A stretch of DNA of 63,361 bases, counting the filler, from Anaerolineae bacterium (GTDB lineage Bacteria > Chloroflexota > Anaerolineae > Epilineales > Epilineaceae), in the NCBI GenBank assembly GCA_029262755.1. It is 5 parts of 5 records of this genome, joined end to end, with 100 filler letters (N's around TTAATTAATTAA, not from the genome) between each part and the next. Parts side by side here need not be neighbours in the genome. Positions count along the whole stretch, not along the records: positions 17,908 to 28,743 come from JAJCYU010000183.1; positions 28,844 to 49,234 come from JAJCYU010000184.1; 3 more parts are not named here. One strand, written 5' to 3'. Below are positions 20,067 through 29,746 of the stretch, in pieces (position 1 is the stretch's first letter; the number at the start of each line of letters is the position of its first letter). The translations under genes and the position numbers were made by a program. The notes beneath the pieces were generated by a model. That model ran no database searches and was not told the origin of the DNA. It saw nothing but the letters and a program-made list of their open reading frames with translations.

Positions 20067-22460
20067 CTAGGTCGCGGCTTCGGCCGTCGCGCGCAACCGG
20101 CGGGCCAGACCCGTGAGGCGCTCGGCCACCTTGTCGTTGCGCACCGCGATCGAGATCGCCTTGCGGTCGCCGACGAGGACGCACAGGCGGCGGGCGCGGG
20201 TGATGCCGGTGTAGAGCAGGTTGCGCTGCAGCATCATCCAGTGCTGGGGCAGGATGGCCATGACCACGCAGGGGTATTCCGCGCCCTGGCTCTTGTGGGT
20301 CGAGATCGCATAGGCCGGCACGAGCTCGTCCAGCTCGTGCACCTCGTAGGCCACCTCGCGGTCGTCGATGCGCAACGTGACCTGCTGTTCGACGGAATCC
20401 ACGACGGCCACGCGGCCAAGGTCGCCGTTGAAGACGTCCTTGTCGTAGTTGTTGCGAATCTGCATCACCTTGTCGCCCTCGCGGAAGGTGCGGCCGCCCC
20501 AGCGCACCTCGGCGCGGCCGGCGCCGGGCGGGTTGAGCGCGGCCTGCAGCTTCTCGTTCAGCGTGCCGACGCCCGCGGCGCCGCGGTGCATCGGCGACAG
20601 CACCTGGATATCGTCCACCGGGTCCAGGCCGAAGCGGCGGGGGATGCGCTGTGTGACGACCTCGACCACGCGCTCCGCGGCCGCCTCGGCATCGTCCACG
20701 CGGAAGAGGAAGAAGTCCTTGCTGTCGCGTTGGATCTCGGGCATCTGACCTTGGTTGATGCGGTGGGCGTTGACGGCGATCCAGCTGTGCTCGTCCTGCC
20801 GGAAGATCTGATCGAGGGCCACCGTAGGCACGACGCCGCTGCCGATGAGATCACGCAGCACATTGCCCGGCCCAACGGATGGCAGCTGGTCGATATCGCC
20901 AACCAGCAGCAGGTGGCTCGCGGGATCGATGGCCTTGATGAGGTGGTTCATGAGCTGCGTGTCGATCATCGACATCTCGTCGACCACCACCAGATCCGCG
21001 TCGAGGGGATGTTCCTCGTGCCGTTGGAACATCCGCATCCGGCCGTGCGTATCGACCCCCGCGCCGGGCTTGAACTCGAGCAGGCGGTGGATCGTCTTGG
21101 CCTCGACGCCCGTCGTCTCGGCCAGACGCTTGGCCGCCCGACCCGTCGGGGCCGCCAGCAAGATCCGCGGGTCCGGGTGCAGCCGGCGCAGCAACTGGAG
21201 CACGGAGCGCACCGTGGTCGTCTTGCCCGTGCCGGGGCCACCGGTGAGCACGGACACCTTGCGCGTGATGGCGGCGCGGACGGCATCCTGCTGCCGGGCG
21301 GCCAGCGGGTGCGGGTTCAGCGCGTCGAGCCACGTGAACTGGCTGTCCCAATCGACGTCGGCCGCGCCGGGCAGCCGGTCTTCCGCACCGGAGAGCAGGT
21401 CGCGCAAGCGGTTGGCGATGCCCACTTCGGCGTAGTAGAGCGGCGGCACGAACACGGCCTGTACGTGGTCGCCCGCGAAGCCGTCGGTCTGCTCGAGCGC
21501 GTTGCGCACGGGCTCGGGCAGCTCCGCGAGCGCCACCTGCTCGCCGATCAACGCCGCGTCCGGCGCTAGGGCGAGCAGACGCTCGATAGCCGACTCGACC
21601 TTCGCCGGATCGATCGGCTCGTCGTCGATCATCAGCGCTTCCGCTGCGCGTCCGACCAGGATCGGCCTCGGCGAGAAGGTGTGGCCCTCGCTCGAAAGCT
21701 CTCCCAGTACAAAGACAAGGCCGGCTTCGATGCGCCGCGGGCTGTCTGGCTCGATGCCCAGCTTGCGTGCGATCTGGTCGGCGATCTTGAAGCCCACCCC
21801 GAAGACACCGCCGCCGCCCACATCGCGTGCCAGCTGATACGGATCCTCGCGCAGGACCTTCAGTGCTTCGTCGCCGTAGGTCTTATAGATGCGCACCGAA
21901 AGGCCGGTCGTGATGTCGTGCGACTGCAGGAAGAGCATGATCTCCTTGATCTCGCGCTGCTCCTCCCACGCACGGATGATCTTCTTGACCCGCACGGGGC
22001 CCACGCCCGGCACCTCGTGGAGCCGCTCGGGCTCGGCCTCGATCACGTCGAGCGCGTCGAGCCCGAAGTGGTCCACGATGCGTTTGGCCGTGACGGGCCC
22101 GACGCCCTTGATCAGACCGGAGCCGAGGTATTTGCGCAGCCCCTCCGCGGTCGCGGGCAGCTTCTCTTCGTAGTCGAAAACCTCGAACTGACGCCCGAAC
22201 TTCGAGTGGGTCTTCCAACGGCCTCGCAGACGAAAAGAGGCTCCTACCGAGGCGCCGAGCATGTTGCCCACGATCGTCGTCTCGCCCGGCTTGCCTTCGC
22301 GTGACAGGCGCGCGACGGTCCAGCCGTTCTCCTCGTTCTGGAACGTGACGCGCTCGATCACACCCTCGATCGTGCGCGTAGCCTCGCCCTCCGCCGCATT
22401 CGGCGCGGCGCCGCGACCGTTCCCGTTGCCCTCGCCGTTGCCCCCACCTCTGCCGGCCAT
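20067..22460 (-). CDS. recD2: ATP-dependent RecD-like DNA helicase RecD2 (SF1B)
   Basis: N-terminal 'IERVTFQNEENGWTV', HhH motifs (IKGVGP, VPGVGP), Walker A GGPGTGKTT, VDEMSM, GDIDQLPSVGPG, YAISTHKSQGAEY. Confidence 0.95.
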   Translation of the reverse strand: MAGRGGGNGEGNGNGRGAAPNAAEGEATRTIEGVIERVTFQNEENGWTVARLSREGKPGETTIVGNMLGASVGASFRLRGRWKTHSKFGRQFEVFDYEEKLPATAEGLRKYLGSGLIKGVGPVTAKRIVDHFGLDALDVIEAEPERLHEVPGVGPVRVKKIIRAWEEQREIKEIMLFLQSHDITTGLSVRIYKTYGDEALKVLREDPYQLARDVGGGGVFGVGFKIADQIARKLGIEPDSPRRIEAGLVFVLGELSSEGHTFSPRPILVGRAAEALMIDDEPIDPAKVESAIERLLALAPDAALIGEQVALAELPEPVRNALEQTDGFAGDHVQAVFVPPLYYAEVGIANRLRDLLSGAEDRLPGAADVDWDSQFTWLDALNPHPLAARQQDAVRAAITRKVSVLTGGPGTGKTTTVRSVLQLLRRLHPDPRILLAAPTGRAAKRLAETTGVEAKTIHRLLEFKPGAGVDTHGRMRMFQRHEEHPLDADLVVVDEMSMIDTQLMNHLIKAIDPASHLLLVGDIDQLPSVGPGNVLRDLIGSGVVPTVALDQIFRQDEHSWIAVNAHRINQGQMPEIQRDSKDFFLFRVDDAEAAAERVVEVVTQRIPRRFGLDPVDDIQVLSPMHRGAAGVGTLNEKLQAALNPPGAGRAEVRWGGRTFREGDKVMQIRNNYDKDVFNGDLGRVAVVDSVEQQVTLRIDDREVAYEVHELDELVPAYAISTHKSQGAEYPCVVMAILPQHWMMLQRNLLYTGITRARRLCVLVGDRKAISIAVRNDKVAERLTGLARRLRATAEAAT

Positions 22461-22915
22461 CAGCCCTCCAGCAATGCCCGGAAGCGCGGATCGGCGGCCA
22501 GCGGCTGCATATCATCGTCGTGCGGTGCGTGCTCGCGGGTCTCCGGACAGTGCTTGAAGGTCAATGCGAGCTCGGCCAACGCTTCGTCCACGCGGCCGAG
22601 GCGGATCAGCGCGCAAGCCAGGTTGTAGCGGGCGATGTGGTACTCCGGGTCGTGCGCAACGGCCTTGCCGCTTGCATCGGCCGCCGCCTCGTTATCGCCC
22701 AGATAGAGGTTGGCCGCGCCGAGCATGTCCCACGCGCGCGGATCATCCGGCACGCCGCGCAAGTAGACCTTGACCATCGCACGCGCCATCGCAAACTTGC
22801 CCTTGCCGAGCGTCGCCTGAACGCGCTGCAACTCGGCACGCCGATCGCGCGGGTTCTCGGCCAAGGCATCGAGTGCCTCGCGCATCTTGACGTCCCAATC
22901 GATCCCGTCGCTCAT
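22460..22915 (-). CDS. Tetratricopeptide repeat protein
   Basis: TPR-like helices (AWDMLGAANLYLG; ARYNLACALIRLG) and a typical 'D.D...L..DPRF' end; TGATG overlap with recD2. Confidence 0.8.
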   Translation of the reverse strand: MSDGIDWDVKMREALDALAENPRDRRAELQRVQATLGKGKFAMARAMVKVYLRGVPDDPRAWDMLGAANLYLGDNEAAADASGKAVAHDPEYHIARYNLACALIRLGRVDEALAELALTFKHCPETREHAPHDDDMQPLAADPRFRALLEG

Positions 22916-23014
22916 CGTGGTCTCCCTTGCCGCCCTTGATGCGAAAAATGGTCTCTGCACCAACCAACCCGAGACCGCGGCATCGCGTTCGTTGTCGACC
23001 CGCTTCCGATTCCG

Positions 23015-24517
23015 CTACCGGCCGATGCCATTATGCTCTTCGAGCCGGCACTCGCAGGCCTCGCGCTCGCGGCCGTCTTCGTGGATCAGATGACCGTCGT
23101 AGGGGCGCGACGTGCCCTCCGCGCGCCAACCGTCCAACTCCATCGGCGCCGCGCCGCCGGCGGCCAACCACTCGCCGTCGTAGAGGCGCGCCAGGTGCAG
23201 GTGGGTCGCGTTGGAGAAGCCGCCTTCGCACGACGGATGCCCGACCGGGTCGCCCGCGGAAACCATGGTGCCCGGCTCCGCCCGTCCCTCGGCCGCAAGA
23301 TGCAAGTAGAGCACGACGGGACCCGTCTCGCGCAAGCCGTCCGCGTCGAGGTCCAGCCAAAGCTCGCCCTCGCCGCCCTCCAACACGAGACCGTCTGCCA
23401 CGGCGCGTGCGCTCGCGGGCGAAACGAAGCAGCCACGTTGCTCGCCCGGCGCGACGAAGTCCATCGCCGCCCAGGCGCTGCCGTCACCCCAGCCGCCGTG
23501 CGGCCCGCCGGTCATCCACCAGGTCTCGCGGCGCGACCAGGGAAGGCCGAGCGCGGGGAATGAAACCGCGGGGACGTTGACGGCGCGTGGCGCATCGGTC
23601 CACGGATCGCCGAAGAGCGCCACGTACGCCGCGGCGAAGTCTTCCAGGCGCGGGAGCAGCTCCACTTCCTTCGACTGGAGGCCGAGCGCTCGTTGGATCG
23701 CGAAGGACCCGGGACCCAAGGAAGGGTGGCCGGCCAGACGCACGCCATCGGCCAGGGTCAGGACTCGGTTGCCGCGGGTCTTCCAGTCGTAGTAGCCGCC
23801 GTTGAGCCGGTCGGCCAACCAGTTCAGTTGGTGCCAGAGGCTTTCCCGCGCCGGATCTTCCAGACCGGCCGCAAAGTCGGACGCGGGCATGTACCCGTCC
23901 CGGTCTACGACGACCCAGCCGCTGCGCGCCGCAACGAAGGCCAGCAGCACGCGCGCGTCCACGGAGAACTCGCGCGCGACACGGACGACGATATCCGGAC
24001 CGCGCATCGACTCGCCGTCGACGAGCTCGCGGTGCCGGGCGAGCCGGCCACGCCGTCCCGCGAACCAGGTCTGCGCATCGAACTCGAGGCTGGCCGGACC
24101 GCGCACGAAGGCGCCGTCGGGCAGTACGGCGCGATCCGGGCCGTCCCGCTGCGGCGGATCGTGGACGACCAACTCCTGGCCGACGTAGATCGCGTCCGCG
24201 TTGAACAGACCGTTCTGCTCCATCAAGGATTCGATGGTGGTTCCGAAGCGCACGGCCACGGTGGAGAGGGTATCGCCCGGCCGGATCGTGTAGCGCCGCT
24301 GCGCGGCCGGCGGCGGCGATGGCCGCGCGTCGCCCGCGGGTCCGTCGATCGAGCGCACGGACACGGGGTGGCGGCCTGGCTCGTTGGTCGGCGAATCGTC
24401 ACCGCCGCGCAGCAGGCGCGCGAACGCTAGCGTCGCGCCGAACACGAAGGCGACGGCTACGAGCAGGGGGAGGACGCCGACGCGGCGCTTGGCAAACACG
24501 GGCTCGGAGTATAGCAC
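23015..24517 (-). CDS. LysM domain and M23-like peptidase protein (membrane-anchored or secreted)
   Basis: LysM 'YTIRPGDTLSTVAVRFG...IYVGQEL'; M23-like motifs 'GGPH...AMDF', 'YLHL', 'THLH'. Start approximate. Confidence 0.8.
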   Translation of the reverse strand: MLYSEPVFAKRRVGVLPLLVAVAFVFGATLAFARLLRGGDDSPTNEPGRHPVSVRSIDGPAGDARPSPPPAAQRRYTIRPGDTLSTVAVRFGTTIESLMEQNGLFNADAIYVGQELVVHDPPQRDGPDRAVLPDGAFVRGPASLEFDAQTWFAGRRGRLARHRELVDGESMRGPDIVVRVAREFSVDARVLLAFVAARSGWVVVDRDGYMPASDFAAGLEDPARESLWHQLNWLADRLNGGYYDWKTRGNRVLTLADGVRLAGHPSLGPGSFAIQRALGLQSKEVELLPRLEDFAAAYVALFGDPWTDAPRAVNVPAVSFPALGLPWSRRETWWMTGGPHGGWGDGSAWAAMDFVAPGEQRGCFVSPASARAVADGLVLEGGEGELWLDLDADGLRETGPVVLYLHLAAEGRAEPGTMVSAGDPVGHPSCEGGFSNATHLHLARLYDGEWLAAGGAAPMELDGWRAEGTSRPYDGHLIHEDGREREACECRLEEHNGIGR

Positions 24518-24527
24518 GAGGCCGGAC

Positions 24528-24569
24528 TTATCCCCCGTTTATCCCAGCCCATCCACAGGGTTGTCCACA
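24528..24569 (+). promoter_or_regulatory. Cluster of DnaA-box-like 9-mers
   Basis: TTATCCCCC (24528), CCATCCACA (24549) and TTGTCCACA (24561), all in the same orientation, compared with consensus TTATCCACA. Confidence 0.4.
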
Positions 24570-24599
24570 ACGACGGGTCGTAGTGTCGATGCGGGCTCC

Positions 24600-24617
24600 A
24601 CCACTATATCTAGGTGT
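24600..24617 (+). promoter_or_regulatory. NrdR-box-like palindrome
   Basis: ACCACTATATCTAGGTGT resembles the NrdR-box consensus acaCwAtATaTwGtgt. Confidence 0.45.
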
Positions 24618-24727
24618 TCTGGTTCCTTAACGTGCGCGATTCCGCGTCCATTGGAAAAGGGGGGTTGAGATGCCCCCGACGCAGGTGGTAGAGTCGCCTG
24701 AATCGTCCCTCGGGAGCCCCATAGACC

Positions 24728-26104
24728 ATGACCTCCGAACCGCTGCCCATTACACCGATCGAGCCCGAGCGCAGCGCGCCCGGTCCTCGGTTGGTGGCGC
24801 CGGCAGTCGAGGCCCTCCAGGTGATGACCTCCCTGTTGCAAGACGACGTCGATCGGCAGGTCGCGCTCCTGCGTGAGGCCCGCCTTAGCGGTCCGCTGCA
24901 ACTGGCGGGCGCAGATCTGCGCCAGATCGATTTCCCGGCGCTCAAGGCCGCCGGCTTACCCGGCGATATCCTCGACGGCGCCGACCTGACGCGGGCCACG
25001 CTCAGCGGCGCTCGCCTGGCGGGCATCGGCCTGCGCGGCGCACGTCTCGACGGCGCGTTGCTGGTGGCCGTCGACCTGTCCTTCGCCGACCTGTCCTCGG
25101 CCAGCCTGCGCGGCGCGCACCTGACCGGTGCCAACCTGTCGCGCTCCGACCTGTCGTTCTGCGATCTGCGCGGTGCCTCGCTGCTGACCGCGGACCTGTC
25201 GCACGTGACCGCGACAGGCGTGGACCTACGCGAGACCCTGCTGCACTCCGTGCGCCTCAGCCACGCCATGCTGCGCGGCGCCGACCTGCGCTGGAGCCGG
25301 CTCGACGGCGCCAACCTGGTCCGCACCGACCTACGCGGCGCGCGCTTCGCGGGCGCTTCGCTCACCCTGGCCAACCTGAGCGGCGCGCGCCTATCGGCCT
25401 CCACCGATTTCGGCTACGCGTTCCTCCACCGCGCCCGCTTCGACCGCGTCGCCCTCCGCCGCGAGCACCTTGGCGAGGGCATCGGCGAGGCCTGCGCTCA
25501 CTTGGGTCAGGCCCGCGACACCTATCGCGCGTTGACGCGCCATTTCGAGAGCGAAGGCCGCGTACAGGACGCCCGCTGGGCGCACCGAATGGCGTGCCAC
25601 ATGGCCACCCGTGCCCACCGCCCGGACCGCGCGCGACGCTTCTTCGCCACGGACTGGCAGCCCCGCCGGCCGCGCACTACCACCGTACTTCACCCCCTCG
25701 GTGCCCCCGTTGGCGCCGCGGCCGCGTGGGCCGGCCGCCGCACGGCCGGCGCCCGCGCCACGATCCGGCACGGCTCGCTATGGGCCCTGGGCAACCTGAA
25801 CCGCGTCACCACGGACTTCGGCACCAGCTACCGACGCGTGTTGGCGACGCTGGTCACCGTCTGGCTCGCCTTCGGCCTCTTCTTCCAAGGCATGGGCGGT
25901 CTGCAACACGTCGAGCGCGCGGGCCTCGCCCGCTGGTACGACGGCCTCCTCTTCTCGGCCACCGCACTCACCCCGATCGACGCCTACCCGCTCGTAGCAG
26001 CCGCCTCGGCGGCCCGTGTCGGCGCGCTGGCCGAGGGCGTGACCGGCCTGGTGCTATTCGCGGCCCTAGGCTACGTGTCGGCCTGTCGGCTGCGGCAACG
26101 GTAG
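24728..26104 (+). CDS. Pentapeptide-repeat protein with C-terminal ion-channel-like (2 TM plus pore helix) domain
   Basis: Long A(D/N)Lxx repeat run; C-terminal 'TTDFGTSYRRVL...TM...WYDGLLFSATALTP...AEGVTG...TM'. Confidence 0.85.
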   Translation: MTSEPLPITPIEPERSAPGPRLVAPAVEALQVMTSLLQDDVDRQVALLREARLSGPLQLAGADLRQIDFPALKAAGLPGDILDGADLTRATLSGARLAGIGLRGARLDGALLVAVDLSFADLSSASLRGAHLTGANLSRSDLSFCDLRGASLLTADLSHVTATGVDLRETLLHSVRLSHAMLRGADLRWSRLDGANLVRTDLRGARFAGASLTLANLSGARLSASTDFGYAFLHRARFDRVALRREHLGEGIGEACAHLGQARDTYRALTRHFESEGRVQDARWAHRMACHMATRAHRPDRARRFFATDWQPRRPRTTTVLHPLGAPVGAAAAWAGRRTAGARATIRHGSLWALGNLNRVTTDFGTSYRRVLATLVTVWLAFGLFFQGMGGLQHVERAGLARWYDGLLFSATALTPIDAYPLVAAASAARVGALAEGVTGLVLFAALGYVSACRLRQR

Positions 26105-26337
26105 GACTGCGGCCAAGGGCGCAAAGAAGCGGCAAGAGGCGAAGGCGACGTCTTGATCCACGCAGCTGGATCCACGCCTGAACGCCAGGTACCGGTTGAG
26201 GCCCCGACCTCCTTCGCAACGATCTCAAACGAAAACGTGCGTCGCATTGCCGTTGCGGATGACCTACTCATCCGCAGGCGATTTCACGCTGCACCGGGCC
26301 TCGGGCAAATGCGCTTGTACAGCAAGAGCTGCTTGAT

Positions 26338-26368
26338 ATACTGCCGTCATGATGTATGACAGTATGAC
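26338..26368 (+). promoter_or_regulatory. Putative autoregulatory operator upstream of the AbrB-family gene
   Basis: Nested inverted repeats ATACTG...CAGTAT and GTCAT-N5-ATGAC, plus the direct repeat GTATGAC x2. Confidence 0.4.
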
Positions 26369-26390
26369 TTCAATGCCACAGGAGCGCACC

Positions 26391-26678
26391 ATGGCGCAGA
26401 TCAAACTCTCCGCCGTCCAAGCCAAGGGACAGGTGACGATCCCCGCCGAGATTCGACGACGTCTGGGTCTAAAGACGGGTGATCTGGTCGCCTTCATCGA
26501 GACCGAGCAGGGTGTGCTCATTAGCCCTCGTCAGATCGTGGCCACCGAGGCACTCGACGAGATCGGTGAGGCTCTTCGCGAGAAGGGGATTACGAAAGAG
26601 GATCTGATGGCCTCTGGTCGCCAGATCCGAGGCGATCTCCTCGAAGAACTCTATGGGTTGACGGATGACGTCGACTGA
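26391..26678 (+). CDS. AbrB/MazE/SpoVT-family DNA-binding protein (antitoxin-like)
   Basis: 'VQAKGQVTIPAEIRRRLGLKTGDLVAF' AbrB signature; AGGAG RBS before ATG 26391. Confidence 0.88.
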   Translation: MAQIKLSAVQAKGQVTIPAEIRRRLGLKTGDLVAFIETEQGVLISPRQIVATEALDEIGEALREKGITKEDLMASGRQIRGDLLEELYGLTDDVD

Positions 26679-26718
26679 AATCGGTGTATCGGTTGTCCAC
26701 CAACCGAAACAAGAACCA

Positions 26719-26755
26719 GGGGCGGGATCTCGATTGAGATCCCGCCCCCGTTTTT
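26719..26755 (+). terminator. Rho-independent terminator between convergent genes
   Basis: GGGGCGGGATCTC-gatt-GAGATCCCGCCCC followed by TTTTT. Confidence 0.8.
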
Positions 26756-26812
26756 CCACTACGTCCTGCCGCGCGGTCATCACCCTAGGGCGATGACCAC
26801 CGGTGCGTACCG

Positions 26813-28417
26813 CTAGCGCTCGCTGCTTCCGCCGTCGAGCCCGTGGGTCGAGCCGCCGTCGATCGTTGCGCTCGCAGGCACGACGTCCGGTCGGGGCGCG
26901 TTCGGGTCCCACGGCAGCGGTGCGTCCGCCGCGACGTCGTCGCGGAGCAGCATCGACGGGGCCGGGAGGCCCTGCGTGAATGCGCCCGGCAACGTGGCGC
27001 GGGCGGGATCGCCGCCGGCCGCGAAGGGGACGGGCGTCGGCGGGCCGGGCGGTGGCTGGTTGCCGCCGCCGCTGCCGCCGGAACCGGCCTCGTAGACCTC
27101 AAGCTCGTTGAGCGCGATGGAGCCCGCGGGTCCGGCTTCGGCAAAGAGCAGCACGTAGCGCGTGCTCACGGCCGGGAAGGTAGCCAGCTCGTCACCGCCT
27201 GTACCGCCGCGACGGCTGAAGATGCCGTACCAGTCGCGGCCATTCCAGGCGTAGAGCCCGTAGTCGGCGGCGTGCTTGCCGGCCGCCCAGCGGACGTTCG
27301 CGCGGTCGATACGGACCGACGCGCCGAGGTCCACGTAGAACCACTGCGGTAGGCCGGCCGATTCCCAGGGAGTCGCGATATCGCCGTCCACGGCGGCTGC
27401 CGCGGGGAAGCCGGGCGCTTCGCTCTCAGCGACGACCGTCTTGCCGAGCGCGACGTTGTTGCCGCCGAGCGCGCCGGCGCTCGCCCCGTTGATCGTCCAC
27501 GACTGGAGCTCGTAGTGCAGCCCCGAGAGGTAGGGGTTGACCAGCCACAGCATGAAGTAGCGGCCGCGTAGCGTTACGTCGCTGCGCACCTGCCAATCTT
27601 CGTCGCCGTCACCGCGCGAGGTCGAGCCGATCTGGACCCAGTCGCGCACGCCGTCGTGCCACACCATGACCGCGTAGCCGCGCGCGTGACGCTGCTGGCT
27701 CCAGATCATGCGCATGTTCGTCACTTGCTCTTCCGCGCCGAGGTCTACGTAGATCCACTGCTGGTTCTGCGCACGCAACACGGGATGGCGGCCGGGCTGG
27801 GAAGCCCACCACGTGCCCGGATTGCCGTCGACGGCGAACTCGGGCGGATAGCCGCCCTGCGATGTCGAGGCGAAGATCGACTTACCCTGCGCGAGATCGC
27901 CCGCCACGGGGCCGCCCTGGCCGGGAGCCGAGGGGGTCGGGCTCGCGATCGGTGTCGCGGTTGCCGGTGGCGGCGGGGGAGGCGGCGCCGTGTTGCCCGG
28001 CGTCGGAACCGGTGTAGCACCCTGGCCGGGGCAGGGGTTCGTACCCGGCTGGATGGTCAATACGCTGATATAGGTATCACCGGCAGGGCAGGTCTGCTCG
28101 GAGCCCGATGCCGTGACCCAACGCCCGAGGTAAGGCGCGAAGAATCCGGCGCCGCCCGGGCCGCGCAGCTGCGCGACAAGGTTGCCGTCACAGTCGACGA
28201 GGACCGCGTCCGGCGAGCAGGTGCCCGCCATGGTGGTCACGACGCCCGTGGCGCTGATGGCCTGCATGACGGGCGCCGCATGTGCGGCCCCCGGTGCGGG
28301 GAAAGAGAGGGTCAGGTGGTCGGCGCCGCCGTTGCTGCTCGGCAGGGCCGCGAGTCCGGCGATGAGGACGAAGGTCCCAAGCGCCAGGGCGAACACGCGT
28401 CGCCCGAAACGAAACAT
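26813..28417 (-). CDS. Secreted protein with two discoidin/F5-8 type C (CBM32-like) domains
   Basis: Signal peptide; twice 'N/DLA.GK...AS.....AVDG...T.W.S......QW.YVDLG'; small Cys-containing N-domain; AGAGGAG RBS. Confidence 0.85.
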   Translation of the reverse strand: MFRFGRRVFALALGTFVLIAGLAALPSSNGGADHLTLSFPAPGAAHAAPVMQAISATGVVTTMAGTCSPDAVLVDCDGNLVAQLRGPGGAGFFAPYLGRWVTASGSEQTCPAGDTYISVLTIQPGTNPCPGQGATPVPTPGNTAPPPPPPPATATPIASPTPSAPGQGGPVAGDLAQGKSIFASTSQGGYPPEFAVDGNPGTWWASQPGRHPVLRAQNQQWIYVDLGAEEQVTNMRMIWSQQRHARGYAVMVWHDGVRDWVQIGSTSRGDGDEDWQVRSDVTLRGRYFMLWLVNPYLSGLHYELQSWTINGASAGALGGNNVALGKTVVAESEAPGFPAAAAVDGDIATPWESAGLPQWFYVDLGASVRIDRANVRWAAGKHAADYGLYAWNGRDWYGIFSRRGGTGGDELATFPAVSTRYVLLFAEAGPAGSIALNELEVYEAGSGGSGGGNQPPPGPPTPVPFAAGGDPARATLPGAFTQGLPAPSMLLRDDVAADAPLPWDPNAPRPDVVPASATIDGGSTHGLDGGSSER

Positions 28418-28650
28418 TGTATGAGTCTCCTCTGTTCATGGCCGGATCCTGAGTGGGTCGATCCGACCGACTGCAACTCCTCCGGTCGAGTGGTTCAACG
28501 CGAACCGCCGGCCATCCGTTACGATGACCGGCGGTCCGGCGCTTCTTACGCAGTACCACTCCCTACCCGATGGCGATGACGACAGCAGCGACGCCTATGC
28601 GCCGTATTGCCGGCTCGATAGCCCGACATCACCACCGGCCCGCCCGTGCC

Positions 28651-28743
28651 CTACGGCTTCTGGGAGAAGGGGATGAAGATCGGCGGTTGCTCGGTCGGGG
28701 TGAGCGCGGAGACAGGGATCCGCACGATCCGGTCGGGGCGCAG
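28651..28743 (-). CDS. 3' end of a truncated gene ending in the IFIP motif
   Basis: Manual translation LRPDRIVRIPVSALTPTEQPPIFIPFSQKP*; same C-terminal motif as other secreted proteins here; 5' part lost at the contig end. Confidence 0.55.
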   Translation of the reverse strand: MRPDRIVRIPVSALTPTEQPPIFIPFSQKP

Positions 28744-28843
28744 NNNNNNNNNNNNNNNNNNNNNNNNNNNNNNNNNNNNNNNNNNNNTTAATTAATTAAN
28801 NNNNNNNNNNNNNNNNNNNNNNNNNNNNNNNNNNNNNNNNNNN
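28744..28843. other. Artificial contig-joining spacer
   Basis: N/TTAATTAATTAA/N, 100 bp. Confidence 0.98.
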
Positions 28844-29075
28844 AAGAGCCCGCCGGCCGCTTCGTTGTTAGGGCTCGTCCGTTAACAAGGTCGCCAACCG
28901 AGGGCGTTGCTGCGCCGCTGTGCTGGTTCGCTGAGACGAAGGAATAGCAGCAGCGCTATTGCTGAGGAACAGCGGGCCGGCACAGCGGATGCTGCGACGG
29001 CCGAATTGGTGAGATTGTTGAAGGACGAGGCCTTAAGGACGCATCGGGCTTCGGGGCGCGCGGATGGAGGCGACC

Positions 29076-29104
29076 AAAAAGAGCGCTCATCACGAGGCGC
29101 TCTC
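29076..29104 (-). terminator. Rho-independent terminator
   Basis: Minus strand GAGAGCGC-ctcgtgatga-GCGCTCTTTTT directly after the 29106 stop. Confidence 0.65.
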
Positions 29105-29105
29105 G

Positions 29106-29486
29106 TCAACCGTCTCTGGTCCGCGCCGCCAGGCCGCCGCCGATCGCGCCTGCGACGATGCGGCCCACCCACGAGGCAACGAAGAGCCACGTGATGGGCG
29201 TGTCGGCGGCGAGCACGATGCCCGCGTCGATTGCCGCGACGAGGGTTCCAAGCACGATGCCGTGACGCAACGGCGTGGGCGTGCCCTTGGCCAACCACCA
29301 CGCGATGAGCGCTGTGGCAACAGCACCTGCGATGGGGCCAACCCACATTCCAAGTTCTTCCGCGAACGCTGTATCCGCGATGGCCTCGCCGGGGCCGAGC
29401 AGGGCAACCAGGGCGACGAGGAGCAGTACCGGTAGCGCTTCCGCAACGAACGCGCCCAAGAGAATGCGAGGCCAACGGATGGCCAT
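29106..29486 (-). CDS. Small four-TM membrane protein of unknown function
   Basis: GGAGG RBS; four hydrophobic segments; own terminator. Confidence 0.75.
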   Translation of the reverse strand: MAIRWPRILLGAFVAEALPVLLLVALVALLGPGEAIADTAFAEELGMWVGPIAGAVATALIAWWLAKGTPTPLRHGIVLGTLVAAIDAGIVLAADTPITWLFVASWVGRIVAGAIGGGLAARTRDG

Positions 29487-29746
29487 GGTTCACCTCCACG
29501 AGTGTCGGGGCACGCTACACCAGGCGGCTGAACGGCGCGAGAGGTGAGGGAGCGGTCGGTGCGGGCGGTGCGGAATCGATCGCACGGAGCGGGGGGATCC
29601 TGGAGCGTCTATCTGCGGGACATGGTTCCGCGTCGATACGGAACCTGTGTCGGCCCCGGAACGGTATCGACCCCAGGCCCGACGAGACCGCGGGCTCCTC
29701 GGAGCCCACGGTCTCGCGAATCGTGCTCTTGTGCCGCTGTCGTGGT

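Noticed and set aside
24528..24569. oriC
   Set aside because: Few and imperfect DnaA boxes, no AT-rich unwinding element, and no dnaA/dnaN nearby.
28844..29540. Possible integron cassette/attC (minus-strand GCCCTAAC near 28870 and a compact RBS-led gene at 29106-29486)
   Set aside because: No paired R'/R'' and L boxes could be built, the site is cut by the contig edge, and no integrase is present.
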